Shown here piece after piece: positions 19,286 to 33,300 of a DNA stretch of 64,000 bases (the stretch's first letter is position 1; the number at the start of each line of letters is the position of its first letter). Below the pieces are notes generated by a model, which did not search any database, had not been told where the DNA came from, and saw only the letters and a program-made list of their open reading frames with translations. Source of the stretch: Bugula neritina (taxonomy: Eukaryota; Animalia; Bryozoa); contig OZ037769.1 in the NCBI GenBank assembly GCA_964035545.1, positions 682,001 through 746,000 on the forward strand, read 5' to 3'. The position numbers and the translations under genes were made by a program.

Positions 19286-20069
19286 TAAGACTTGGTGTTT
19301 GGAATCGGTCAAATATTTCCTCAATTTGTTGCACTTATATCATCAATTTATTGCAATCAGTGAGCAAAGTTAGATTTGTCTATCCCTATATGGATTCTAT
19401 TGTTTTATATTGGAAACTGATGGATTATCAAATCTATTTTACACCTATAGAGATATCTTCAGTATTAGATTATTCTTTTCAGTAAGCTGCATAAAGCATT
19501 ATGTAAGATTCAATGACACAGCCAGGCTGGTGCTTTTGTTGAAGCGCCTCTTGTTTTCTAGTAGAAATGATAAAAATAGTTTGAATCTGAAATTTCAGTT
19601 ATATAATATGAGGTGATGTATACTGTTTACTAAATACCAGGAAAAAACTTTTGTTATTTAGAGACACTGTTATAAAAACTCTGGTAATGCTATAGATTCA
19701 GGTGTATTGTTTCTCTCTTTTGCTGTAAAAGCTTTTCTTGTTGTTGCTATAAAGCATTCCACATGGATTGGATTGCATTATGAGTATGTTTGTATAAGCA
19801 CAATGGATGAATAGAGTCAACTGGTTCATATTATGTAGTTGAATAGATTCATTTTGATACCACCATTGTTCTTTTCACAAGGAAGTATATCTATAATCAC
19901 AAGTATATATACTGAAGTATTTGACTTGTGATAATAGACTATACTTTACCCCCTGCATGACTAGTATTATTGTGAATATATAAATCTATACTGTGCATAA
20001 GATACAACACTAGGTGTACACATCACAGCTTGTACATAAACTATCTACTTACATGGTACCTTCAATACA

Positions 20070-22835
20070 ATGGTAAGTACACAGTGTATGTACATATTAT
20101 TAATATATGTTAGCAGAATCAGCAGTGCAAAAGGGTTAACTAGGCATATTATTTGGTTGAGCTTTACTGTACAAAATGTAGGAGTATTTATACTAATATT
20201 AGCTGTTTTTGTTTCAGTCAGTCAGAAGACAACTCCTGCTGCTACTGAGTGGTTACATCATCATATTGATAAAAGGACAAGATATTAAACCAGTGAATAT
20301 ATGTGATAATAATACAGTGACAGTTGATAGAGGATATGCAGGGATAATAGAACATAGAGAGATAGAGGGAGCATCTGTTAAATGTAGTCTAACTCTGAGA
20401 GCACCTGCTGGTAGTTATATCAGTATACAAGGAGTTAAGGCAGCTGAAGATGGTGCTATCTGTCCAGAGATACAGATAGATGATACAACATACTGTGTTG
20501 ACTCTACAGAACCTGGTATAATACAGAAGTTCACTCAAGAGCAGTCTGTATTATCAGTTTCTACTCTCAGCAACATGACAGGATTTAACCTGGAGCTCTT
20601 CTCAACAGGTATGTATACATAATATGATATTCAATACACAACACGCAAAACTGAAGATAACCTATATATCTATTAACTGTATTTTGTTGGAAAAATTTCA
20701 AATGCTTAGAAGTACAGGAGTAATTTATAGTTTGTAAGAAATATGTCCAATATACCATTTCTGTTACAGTGGCATCCTGTGGTGAAGATATTCAGATACC
20801 AGACAGACCTCAAGCTGAACAGTTGACTGGAATATTCACCAGCTCTTATACAACTAATAAACAGTCATTATCATCCTGTGAGTTTACAATATCAAACCTA
20901 CCAAGTGAAGCTCACTATGTTAGGTTTGATATTACTGAGCTTACAGAATCATCCAGAACTTCCTGGTTTATTGATAATCAGGAGTTTGCTAACTTCCCTG
21001 GTGGATATCTACATGACATAACCTCTACAAACAACCAACTCTCTGTGAGATATAAAAATGAGGGAGATCCTGTATCTGGAGATGTAGAGGGAGTATTCTT
21101 TATGGTTCAGTTTACAGGTGAGTGAAAAACGCACATAAATGAGTTTATAAGCATCAAAACATTATAATGCATTCGCAGCCAAAATTAGATTCTGAAAATT
21201 ACAACTGAAACTTTTTTCAGAAATATCTTGGACTTTCTCCCTGTGTCTGCCATATGCGAGCCAACTTTCTCTTTACTTTTACACAGTGTTAACATGCGGA
21301 GATAAACCTGAAATAGATCATGTGACAAGTACTCCATCTACTAAATCTCCCTGGTTCCCTGGTACAATAATAAACTATTCTTGTGAAGATACTGACCATC
21401 AGTTGAAGTATAACTCTACTTCTGAATGTAAAGTAGATGGTACAGAGGCTAAGTGGGTCAACCAATCAGAGATCAGATGTATTCCAGGTATGTATTCATA
21501 ACATTAACCTGTATAATGAGGATTATATATAGGCTTTCTTTAGTAACTGAATATAATACTTTCAAATGTCTTTTCTAGTCCCCTACTGTACAAAGAAGCC
21601 AAGAAATGTTGAGTTTACTAATAAAACTAAGACTGATACTCATACAATAGTATATGAGTGTATAAAAGGATATGAAAGTAGAGATGGAATAGAAGAAGTT
21701 GTGTCTAGATGTAATTCTACTGATACAGATAATATACCATGGATATGGAGTAATATATTCCTAAAATGTAAACCAGGTATATATATGTATATAGTAATTA
21801 TATACCATGGATATAGAGTAATATATCCCTAACATATTTTACACTACTATATATGTTCCTTGGCCTCTGCAAGTTAGTTTGTTAATAATTATTTTAGTTA
21901 AATGCGACATCACTGATCTCTCCATCAATGATTCCACGACTAGCGTCACATCTAAAGTATGGACAGCTCAAACATATGTCTACCAAGAAGTTCTATCATA
22001 TGACTGTTACCATGGTTACAAGAAAACAAACATGGATGTGGTTCAGTGTCAACATGATAAAACTTGGTCCAGTATTCCGGAATGTACAGAAGCAGGTTAT
22101 TTTTAAGTAGTTCACAAATATATTTCTCTATGCTTGCATTAATTATATGTTTTTACATTAGAATGAATACAACTTTACAAAAGTTGGTATACTTACATCA
22201 GTTTAATAAAAGCTGTAACATGTCTTTTTATAATATTTTATGATGTATTTCATCACAGTCGAGTGTGACATAGCAACACTAGCCCTATCTAATGGAGAGA
22301 TAGAAACATATTACAACTACTACGAGGGAAATAGGCTATACTACTCATGTGATAAGGGCTATTCTATGACTACAGGTTCTATCTGTACACAGTCTGGTAA
22401 CTGGTCACATGACCCTAGTTGTTCAAAGAATACATATGGTGAGCATGAGGTCATAAAGTAGAGCTATTTTTGAAAAAGTGACGTTGTTACTTTTAAAACC
22501 CCGATATTATTTCTAACAATAATGTTGTTTTTTTCAATAATAATCAATTAAGCCGCATATTTTGAAGTTTTCTATGATTTGAGATTTTCACTTTGGTTAA
22601 CCAGCAAATAATAATAATAACTATTTTCATGTTTCTTATGTTATCTAACACTTCATAAAATTATAAAAATATTTTAGGTGCTTTGATTATATGGGGAATA
22701 ATTCTGGGAGTAATAGTGGTTGTTTGTGGTGGTACTTTAATCTACATAACAACGGAAAAAAAATGTAAAAGCACCCCACCTCTGTTTCCTCGATCTTCTC
22801 GCTCAGCAAACCATCGGACCCGCAGTTGGTGTTAG
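20070..22835 (+). CDS. Receptor gene R5: SP-CUB-like x2-CCP x4-TM-short tail lacking Tyr motifs, ~558 aa
   Basis: Exons 20070-20072, 20218-20608, 20770-21117, 21287-21487, 21579-21776, 21898-22095, 22259-22438, 22678-22835; frame open. TM ALIIWGIILGVIVVVCGGTLIYI; tail TTEKKCKSTPPLFPRSSRSANHRTRSWC. Confidence 0.88.
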
Positions 22836-24266
22836 GTGTAGGCATCAGCTATTTGCCATCAACTAAGGTGGCATAACTCCTACGACAATAACTAATATAG
22901 ATCAGAGGAATCGTGAGCATTATAAACCTTTATTCAAACTTTATGTATGGAATTCACAACGTTACTTTATAGTAGAGATTTTCTCACTGTATGTTTTACT
23001 TCTTTGCATAAAGATTATAATTATTATACTCTCTTGTCTTGAGTAGATACAAGTCTCATTATGCTCTCAGTAATGACATTTATAGTTAATATCAAGAGAG
23101 TCGCTCTCTAGAGTGGAACTAACATGTATGGAGTTATTCTCCCCTTGATAAATATTACAAATATTGACTAGCTCTCTGCTCTGTTATATATCATTCTAAC
23201 AATTATATTATATTTTCAAATTTATCATAAATTTTATGCTTTACATATTTCACTCGATATTCAGCTATCAAGTTACAGATATTCATTCCTATATAACACG
23301 TGTAGAAAACTTTTCCTCATACAGAGTAGCTAATGTTAGCTTTTATAATATTTCCTGCACCATCAGGATAAATTGCTCTCGGACTTATTACTTTAACCAT
23401 GTATCATTTACCTACTGAATATGTACACTAATGTTTTGCAATATGTCTTTTCTAAATATATAGATGGAGAAACAGCCTAACCTTTTACTTGTATTGAAAC
23501 ATTTCAACCACCATTTACATGTAATAAGTTGCACTCAGTAAGCATGTATTGCATTTAACCTGGTGAATATACTCTCTCATCTATACTATGAGTTATACTT
23601 TAACAAACATCATAGCTGTTTATTATCCAATGCTAACAAAGCTGAAGTAGCTTCTAGTAATACAACGCAGTATGTTTAAATATATTAGAAACTCTCGGAG
23701 ATTTCACTTCCTCAGTTGTGCTGTTGCAGGGCATTCTGGGTACTTTATTTACTTCCTGTCCATATTGCTAACTGAATGCTGTATGTAATCATAAAACAAT
23801 AGTAATATATTATGTTATAAGTGTTGTTAGATTAGATAATTAGAAGTAGTAGCTTTCTATTACTTAATACATACTTATATATGTGAGGTATATAATGCAT
23901 CCATTTTGTATTGTATATGATAACTATTTGTATGACTAGAATGAATAGAGTTAAATGGTTTATATATGCAGTTATACAAACACAAAGAATGAATATAGTC
24001 AAAGAGTTTTTATTTGATTGAATATACTCATTGTGATAAAGCATTCTTGTGATAATACATTATTTATCTTGCTACAGGGAACTATAACTATAATTCACAA
24101 GTATATATACTGATGTATTTTGACTTGTGATAATAGACTATACTTTACTCTCTGACTAGTATTATTGGGAATATATAAGTCTATACTGTGTATATAAGAT
24201 ACAACACTAGGTGTACACATCACAGCTTGTACATAAACTATCTACTTACAGAGTACCTTCAATATA

Positions 24267-27200
24267 ATGGTAAGTACACAGTGTATGTACATATTATTGA
24301 TATTTATAGTTAGTAGAATCAACAGTGCAAAAGGGGAGTCATGCATATTATTTGGTTCAGTTTTTCTGTACAAAATGTAGAAGTGTATATACACTAATAT
24401 TAAACGTTTTTGTTTCAGTCAGTCGGAAGACAACTCCTGTTGTTACTGAGTGGTTACATCATCATATTGATAAAAGGACAAGATATTAAACCAGTGAATA
24501 TATGTGATAATAATACAGTGACAGTTGATAGAGGATATGCAGGGATAATAGAACATAGAGAGATAGAGGGAGCACCTGTTAGATGTAGTCTAACTCTGAG
24601 AGCACCTGCTGGTAGTTATATCAGTATACCAAGAGTTAAGGCAGCTACTGAAGGTGCTATCTGTCCAGAGATACAGATAGAGATACAGATAGATGGTACA
24701 ACATACTGTATTGACTCTACAAGACCTGGTATAATACAGAAGTTCACTCAAGAACAGTCTGTATTATCAGTTTCTACTCTCAGCAACAGGACAGGATTTA
24801 ACCTGGAGTTCTTTACCACAGGTAAATATTACTCTTGTATACAACAGATAAAACTACCATCTGTAAAAATGTATTATTTTATGCTGATATACATAATAAA
24901 GCCAAGTATAAAACAGATATATTACTTTCACAGTAACATCATGTGGTGAAGATATTCAGATACCAGACGGACCTCAAGTTGAACAGTTGACTGGAATATT
25001 CACCAGCTCTTATACAACTAATAAACAGTCATTATCATCCTGTGAGCTTACAATATCAAACCTACCAAGTGAAGCTCACTATGTTAGGTTTGATATTACT
25101 GTGGCCACTGCATCATCTAGAATCTCCTGGTTTATTGATAATCAGGAGTTTGCTAACTTCCCTGATGGATATCTACATGACATAACCTCTACAAACAACC
25201 AACTCTCTGTGAGATATAAAGATGAGGGAGATCCTGTATCTGGAGATGTAGAGTCTGTATTCTTTATGATTCAGTTTACAGGTGAGTGAGCAGTGCAAAG
25301 TAAATAAGTTTTGCTTGAAGACATAGATTATAATACAATCACTACCAAAATATTATAATAGAAAAAAAATTATATTCCGAAAACTACAGTTCAAGCTAAT
25401 GTAGATTTTGAAGATGCAGATTGTCTGCTGCATATGAGCTTATTATACTTTTGTGTACTTTTACAGTGTTGACATGTGGAGATAAACCTGAAATCGATCA
25501 TGTGACAAGTACTCCATCTACTGAATCTCCCTGGTTTCCTGGTACAATAATAAATTATTCTTGTGAAGATACTGACTATCAGTTGAAGTATAACTCAACT
25601 TCTGAATGTAAAGTAGATGGCACAGCGGCTAAGTGGGTCAACCAAACGGAGATTAGATGTATTCCAGGTATATATTTATAACATAAGGCTGTATAATGAG
25701 GATTATATATAGACTTTCTCTAATAACTGAATATAATATTTTAAATACCTTTTCTAGTCCCCTACTGTACAGAAGAGCCAAGAGATGTTGAGTTTACTGA
25801 TAGAACTAAGACTGATACTCATACAACAGTATATGAGTGTATAAAAGGATATGAGAGTAGAGATGGAATAGAAGAAGTTGTATCTAGATGTAGTTCTACT
25901 GATACAGATAATATACCATGGATATGGAGTAATATATCTCTAACATGTACACCAGGTATATGTAGGATATAGTAATAATATACTGTAAATGCTGTATACT
26001 TATTATATTCAAGCTATCTTTATAGCTGCTAGTCTTATTTTAATAATTATACTAAATTATAATAGTAACAAGATATAACCTCTCTAAATTTAAATAAACT
26101 GCTCATTGACATCTGCTAGTATAATTCTTTAATAATAACTTTAGTTGAGTGTGACATCACTGATCTCTCCATCAATAACTCCACTACTAACATCACATCT
26201 AAAGGAGGGACAACTCACACATATGTCTACCAAGAAGTTCTATCATATGACTGTTACTGTGGTTACAAGAAAACAAACATGGATGTGATACAGTGTCAAC
26301 ATGATAAAACTTGGTCCAGTATTCCAGAATGTACACAAACAGGTGATTATTTAAAGGTTTAAATTACTAGTATAATACAATTGTTCTATTTGCCTAAGTT
26401 TATTACTATTTTTTGTATATAAAAGGAATAACCAAACAAAAGTTTCTTTCTATTATTTTGCAATCAGTTTAATTTGTTTTGTGTCTTATTTCCTATACTT
26501 TGTAATGTCTTTTATAACAGCTGAGTGTGACCCAGCAGCACTAAACCTATGTAACGGAGACATACAGACAGACAAATATTATGGAGGAGATAATCTACTC
26601 TACTCATGTAATGATGGTTTTACTAAGACTACAGATCCTGTCTGTACAGAGTCTGGTAACTGGTCACATGACCCTGGTTGTTTGTTGGTCAGAGATGGTA
26701 AAGTTTCTACTTCTGTTTATAAAACTACTGACAGCACAAGAATGATTAGTTATCTAGCCCTGCAGTCTCAAAGGGGTAAGTGGTGATGTTAAACCAAAAC
26801 ACAGGCAATGTTACATAATTATAATAATAAATGGTGGATAGAATTATTCGAATCACTCCCTGCAGTAATATAATATTTATCATAAGATATTATATTTGTC
26901 AGATAACAAAAAATTAATAAGATAAATATGATTTTATTGATGTAATAGCTTATGACTTCGTCCAGAGCACTACTTGAAAACATAACTTCAAATCATACTC
27001 AGCGATAAATGACTCTGTTTATTCACGTTACTAGGCAACAGTATACTAACTACTAATGTTAAATTTACAATGAGTCTGTCTGTCTGTCCTGCATCACTTT
27101 TGATATTTCATTCTATATATTTTTGATAGTTTAAAATCCCACTGTTGGAGCATACCTTTGCTAATTTTGAACTGCAAAATATTTGTGTATTTAGATGGTT

Positions 27201-27487
27201 TGATTGGAGTGGTGGTAGTTCTGGTACTAGCAGTGGTTACACTGGGTAGTATTATTCTCTACTTGAAAAGAAGTAGTCTGCCCTGTAGAGACACCCCATC
27301 TGATAAACATGAAGTATATGAAGAACCTGTGTCTACTCGACCCTCAAACTCAGCAAATCCTCCCACCAACACTTACGAGCAGCTCACCACCTCTCCATCG
27401 TCAGCATGTGAACAACTTCAACTGAACACAACATTTCCTCTTTATGAGAACAGACAGGATATGACATCACCAGCCATTGAGATTTAG
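24267..27487 (+). CDS. Receptor gene R6: SP-CUB-like x2-CCP x4-TM-long tail with broken ITAM-like motif, ~606/632 aa
   Basis: Exons 24267-24269, 24419-24821, 24934-25281, 25467-25667, 25758-25955, 26145-26342, 26521-26697 (or -26775), 27195-27487. Tail has YEEP, YEQL-x7-CEQL, YENR. Confidence 0.88.
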
Positions 27488-28679
27488 AACAGATGTTATA
27501 TATTATACCAGTAACTGCTTGCTCATGATGATTTGACATTTATTTTTACGGCTTAATCTTACAACTGAGCAACTTTACGTGCTTTTATTCAGTGTCTATT
27601 AAGTAATTTTCCAAGACGATATGAGGTTGTGTTCTCAAGTCAACCTTGCAAATTTATACATGTAGTTTAGAATGAAATATTTATTTTTTATTGCTAAAAT
27701 GACATAACCATTTGATTATACATAAGCATTACATTATTAATATATTGCTAAGAATGTGTGCACTGCATGCCACACCAATGATAATTTGTTATACATTATT
27801 TTTATTTGATTTGTATTTTGTTACAAATTGATCAACTAACATTTTTGCGTAATACTTAGTTTACAGAGCAAAAGGTTTTTGTTTCATTTTAGAGGTAGAG
27901 AGCTAGAACAGAATTAAAGTAATATTTTGCCAATAACAACTTTGTCGAAAAGTCAGTATCAAATTATCAGCATGATTTTTTTTTATAGAACAGTTGTAAT
28001 ATATTTTCAACTTGAAATATGATAGGGAATATATTTTTCAAAATGAAATAGCAAACATTTTAAATTGTAGTGCAACAAACTTTTATTATTTATTTAAAAC
28101 AAATAAATACACACTATATAATATAGCTTGGAGAATTGTATTGTAACTATAAGTGCCTTGTATTAATAACTACGTAGGCTTGAATAGAGGTGTTCTGTGA
28201 AGTTCATATAACTGTGGCCCACCTTTCTACTAGATTTATCTCAACTCCTCAAGTTTTATGCTAATATATACTAAACATTAAATACGCACAGTGTGGCCCT
28301 AGGCTAATACATACTAAACGGCAACATTATAGTCTCAGCTCCACACCCCACAATAGCATGCTTAGGGGTCCTCATAACCACACAACAACTAGTTATATTT
28401 CGCTAAACCTGTGAATAGCGCGAGTGCATAGTTATCAAGCTCTTGGGAAGCGGCTGAGTACCCACACAGACTAGCCAAAGTCACAACTCTTTGCTATATT
28501 ATCATCTCAATTCATGTACACTTTCTACTTAACACATTAATAAGAATAAGAATTGGACTCTGCATGTTATATTATATAGTTTAGACACACAGTAGCTTTG
28601 CTCGATGGAGTTGTCTTCCTATAAGAGCTGTCAGTCTACCAGAGAGGATAATTCCCTCTACCCATTAATTAGGTCAGTG

Positions 28680-28905
28680 AGATATAATATAATATTATAT
28701 ATTAATAGTATATATAACATTATATATAATAATATATATAATATTATATATAATATTTTGTATATAATGTTATACATAATATTATTATCTAATACTATAT
28801 ATAATGTTATATATAATATTTACATATAATATTAATATATAATAATATTATATATAATATTATATATAGTATTATATAATAATAATATATATAATATTAT
28901 ATAAT
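28680..28905. repeat. AT-only low-complexity tract (paralogous copy at ~35795-36010)
   Basis: Degenerate ATA/TAT runs. Confidence 0.8.
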
Positions 28906-30300
28906 GGTTTCATTCAGGATTTCAGTATCAACGTTCACATCGAATACCTGTTTTGAGATATTGCATCTGTGAGTTGTTAACTCCTCACGCTAAATTTGAC
29001 AGCATGTGATAGCTATGATATTGCAATGGCTATCTTTTAATTGTCAAAACTCAACACAGCAGATCATGAAGTTGCTGAATCCCAAGGGAGAAAGCTGCAT
29101 TTACTACCCGCGAGCTCATAAAGGTTATTTTACAGCAAAATGACAGTGATGCTATTTGCTGCGAATATGGAACTGCAAATGTTCGGGCATTTAATTCTCA
29201 GGGGAAGAAAGGGTTAAAAACAATAATATATTATATTAAGCCCTAGAACTACAAAGAGCAGGCAAAGTGAGAAACTATGCAGAGGAGCGTTGTACCCGCC
29301 CCTTATTTTCTTGAGGTCTCCTGAAACTACGTCTACTCCCACCATAACATCTCATTACATTCACAAACTTATGTGAACTTAGAGGTGAGCTGATGAGTGG
29401 TTTGACGTAAAGCTGGTGACAAAGTCCATGAAATGTTAAAAGCCAATGCAAAGGAGCTGTTGCTAGCCATTGCTATTATTTACCTGAATAACTTCGAAAA
29501 TTATGGTTTTTTCCGAGTCACATGTTTAAATTTTTCAGGTTTATGCATGCGAGTTATCCACTTATTTAGCAATGTAAATTTTAATACACATTACTTTTAA
29601 AAATGTGAATATCAATATAAATTATTATAATTCAGTTTTTGTAAAAGAAATCTCAACAGCTATATCTGAATTAATTTTTTGCTTGTGTAGACAAAACAAG
29701 CAAGTAATTATATTTATGCTTTATTTTAAAAATTGACAGTTCATCCGATATATTTTACTTTTTTCTAACTTAAAAATGCAGTCTGAAATTAGAAACCAAG
29801 TTCAAAAAACTTTTGTTTCTGCAAAAGGATATTAATTTTCCTTATAGCATTCTATTCGTTAAAATTTTCAGGAAACTTTAAATTCAAGCTATTTTAACCT
29901 GCACTACAATTAATTTTTCTCCATATCTTTTTAACCTTGACTACTTCTAACAAATATTCACTTTACAAGAAGCAGGTCTTACAGGTGAGCCTGTATCTCC
30001 TCTCGTTTTTAGAGTTGAAATACACCTGCATAAAGGTGTGTCTTGGGTCACAATTTTCAAATTTTACTCATGAATATAAACAATAGTTATATCAAAGCAC
30101 CACTAAGACTATACCAATAAGCTCCACACTACTCAACTCTCACATAGTTTCACTAATCCTTGCTTTTTTTATTGTATTTGGATATCTATTTTTTGTCAAT
30201 TCTAATTTTTTTATGCAAAAAATCAGTATAATTTTTGACATGCGTAATATATAAATTAAGATTATCTCCCTCAGTTTTAATAAATTACAGTAACTGCCAC

Positions 30301-33300
30301 TTTTTTATAGAATACTTTATGTCTGAGGTTGTCCTAATAAAGGTGTTGCCAGATTTTAGCTAACATTTTGTTAAAGCTATATATTTAGAGTATTTTATTA
30401 AATAAAAGCAGACTTATTGGAAGCAGAATTTTGAATGCACATACAACATTCTGCTTCCAATATGTCTGATTTTATGTTTACTTGTACTTCTTTACAAGAA
30501 TATAAATGTTTACTTATTTTATTACAATGCACTCCAATAAAGTATTGTATTAGAAAATGTTTAAAGAAACTAAAAAAATTTTTAATACAATTTTATTTAT
30601 TTAATATTTTTTTAATATTTTTAAAAAATAGCATCAATTAAATGGCTAATGAAGTTAGCTCAGTACAAGCATCTTGTATCACTAAAACTTGGTGTTTGAA
30701 ATGGGTAAAATATTTATTGCAATCAGCGAGCAAGTTAGATTTGTCTATCCCTATGTGAGTTTTATTGTTTTATGTTGGAAACTGATGGATTATCAAATCT
30801 ATTTTACACTTAGAAATATCTTCAGTATTAGATTATTCTTTTCACTAAGCTGTATAAACCATTGTGTAAGATTCAATGACACAGCTGGGTTGGTGCCTTT
30901 GTTGAAGCCCTCTTGTTTTCTAGTAGAAATGATAAAAATAGTTTGAATCTAAAATTTCCGTTATATAATATGAGGTGATGTATGTTGTTTACTAAATACC
31001 AGGAAAAAACTTTTGTTATTTAAAGACACTGTTATAAAAACTCTGGTAACGCAATAGATCCAGGTGTATTGTTTCTCTCCTTTGCTGTAAAAGCTTTTCT
31101 TGTTGCTATAAAGCATTCCACATGGAATGGATTGCATTATGAGTATGTTTGTATAAGCACAATGAATAAATAGAGTCAACTGGTTCATATTATGTAGTTG
31201 AATAAATTCATTTTGATACCACCATTGTTCTTTTCACAAGGAAGTGTATCTATAATCACAAGTATATATACTGAAGTATTTGACTTGTGATAATAGACTA
31301 TACTTTACCCCCTGCATGACTAGTATTATTGTGAATATATAAATCTATACTGTGCATAAGATACAACACTAGGTGTACACATCACAGCTTGTACATAAAC
31401 TATCTACTTACATGGTACCTTCAATACAATGGTAAGTACACAGTGTATGTACATATTATTAATATATGTTAGCAGAATCAGCAGTGCAAAAGGGTTAACT
31501 AGGCATATTATTTGGTTGAGCTTTACTGTACAAAATGTAGGAGTATTTATACTAATATTAGCTGTTTTTGTTTCAGTCAGTCAGAAGACAACTCCTGCTG
31601 CTACTGAGTGGTTACATCATCATATTGATAAAAGGACAAGATATTAAACCAGTGAATATTTGTGATAATAATACAGTGACAGTTGATAGAGGATATGCAG
31701 GGATAATAGAACATAGAGAGATAGAGGGATCACCTGTTAGATGTAGTCTAACTCTGAGAGCACCTGCTGGTAGTTATATCAGTATACCAGGAGTTGCTGT
31801 AGCTGAAGAAGGGGAAACCTGTCCAGAGATACAGATAGATGGTACAACATACTGTATTGACTCTATAGAACCTGGTATAATACAGAAGTTCACTCCAGAA
31901 CAGTCTGTATTATCAGTTTCTACTCTCAGCAACATGGCAGGATTTAACCTGGAGCTCTTCTCAACAGGTATGTATACATAATATGATATTCAATACACAA
32001 CAGTAAAACTAAAGATGACCTATATATCTATTAACTGTATTTTGTTGGAAAAATTTCAAATGCTTAGAAGTACAGGAGTAATTTATAGTTTGTAAGAAAT
32101 ATGTCCAATATACCATTTCTGTTACAGTGGCATCCTGTGGTGAAGATATTCAGATACCAGACAGACCTCAAGCTGAACAGTTGACTGGAATATTCACCAG
32201 CTCTTATACAACTGATAAACACGCATTATCATCCTGTGAGTTTACAATATCAAACCTACCAAGTGAAGCTCACTATGTTAGGTTTGATATTACTGAGCTT
32301 ACAGAATCATCCAGAACCTCCTGGTTTATTGATAATCAGGAGTTTGCTAACTTCCCTGGTGGATATCTACATAACATAACCTCTACAAACAACCAACTCT
32401 CTGTGAGATATGAAAATGAGGGAGATCCTACTACTGGAGATGTAGAGTCTGCATTCTTTATGGTTCAGTTTACAGGTGAGTGAAAAACGCACATAAATGA
32501 GTTTATAAGCATCAAAATATTATAATGCATTCACAGCCAAAATTAGATTCTGAAAATTACAGCTGAAACTTTTTTCAGAAATATCTTGGACTTTCTCCCT
32601 GTGTCTGCCATATGCGAGCCAACTTTCTCTTTACTTTTACAGTGTTGACATGTGGAGATAAACCTGAAATCGATCATGTGACAAGTACTCCATCTACTGA
32701 ATCTCCCTGGTTTCCTGGTACAATAATAAACTATTCTTGTGAAAATACTGACTATCAGTTGAAGTATAACTCAACTTCTGAATGTAAAGTAGATGGCACA
32801 GAGGCTAAGTGGGTCAACCAATCAGAGATCAGATGTATTCCAGGTATGTATTCATATAACATAAGGCTGTATAATGAGGATTATATATAGACTTTCTCTA
32901 ATAACTGAATATAATATTTTAAATACCTTTTCTAGTCCCCTACTGTACAGAAGAGCCAAGAGATGTTGAGTTTACTGCTAAAACTAAGACTGATACTCAT
33001 TCAACAGTATATGAGTGTATAAAAGAATATGAGAGTAGAGATGGAATAGAAGAAGTTGTATCTAGATGTAGTTCTACTGATACAGATAATATACCATGGC
33101 TATGGAGTAATATATCTCTAACATGTACACCAGGTATATGTAGGACATAGTAATAATATACTGTAAATGCTGTATACTTATTATATTCAAGCTATCTTTA
33201 TAGCTGCTAGTCTTATTTTAATAATTATACTAAATTATAATAGTAACAAGATATAACCTCTCTAAATTTAAATAAACTGCTCATTGACACCTGCTAGTAT

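Noticed and set aside
19171-19616. ORFs in or near the MITE as a transposase
   Set aside because: Short, non-ATG or low complexity, no DDE motif; they run across the element boundary.
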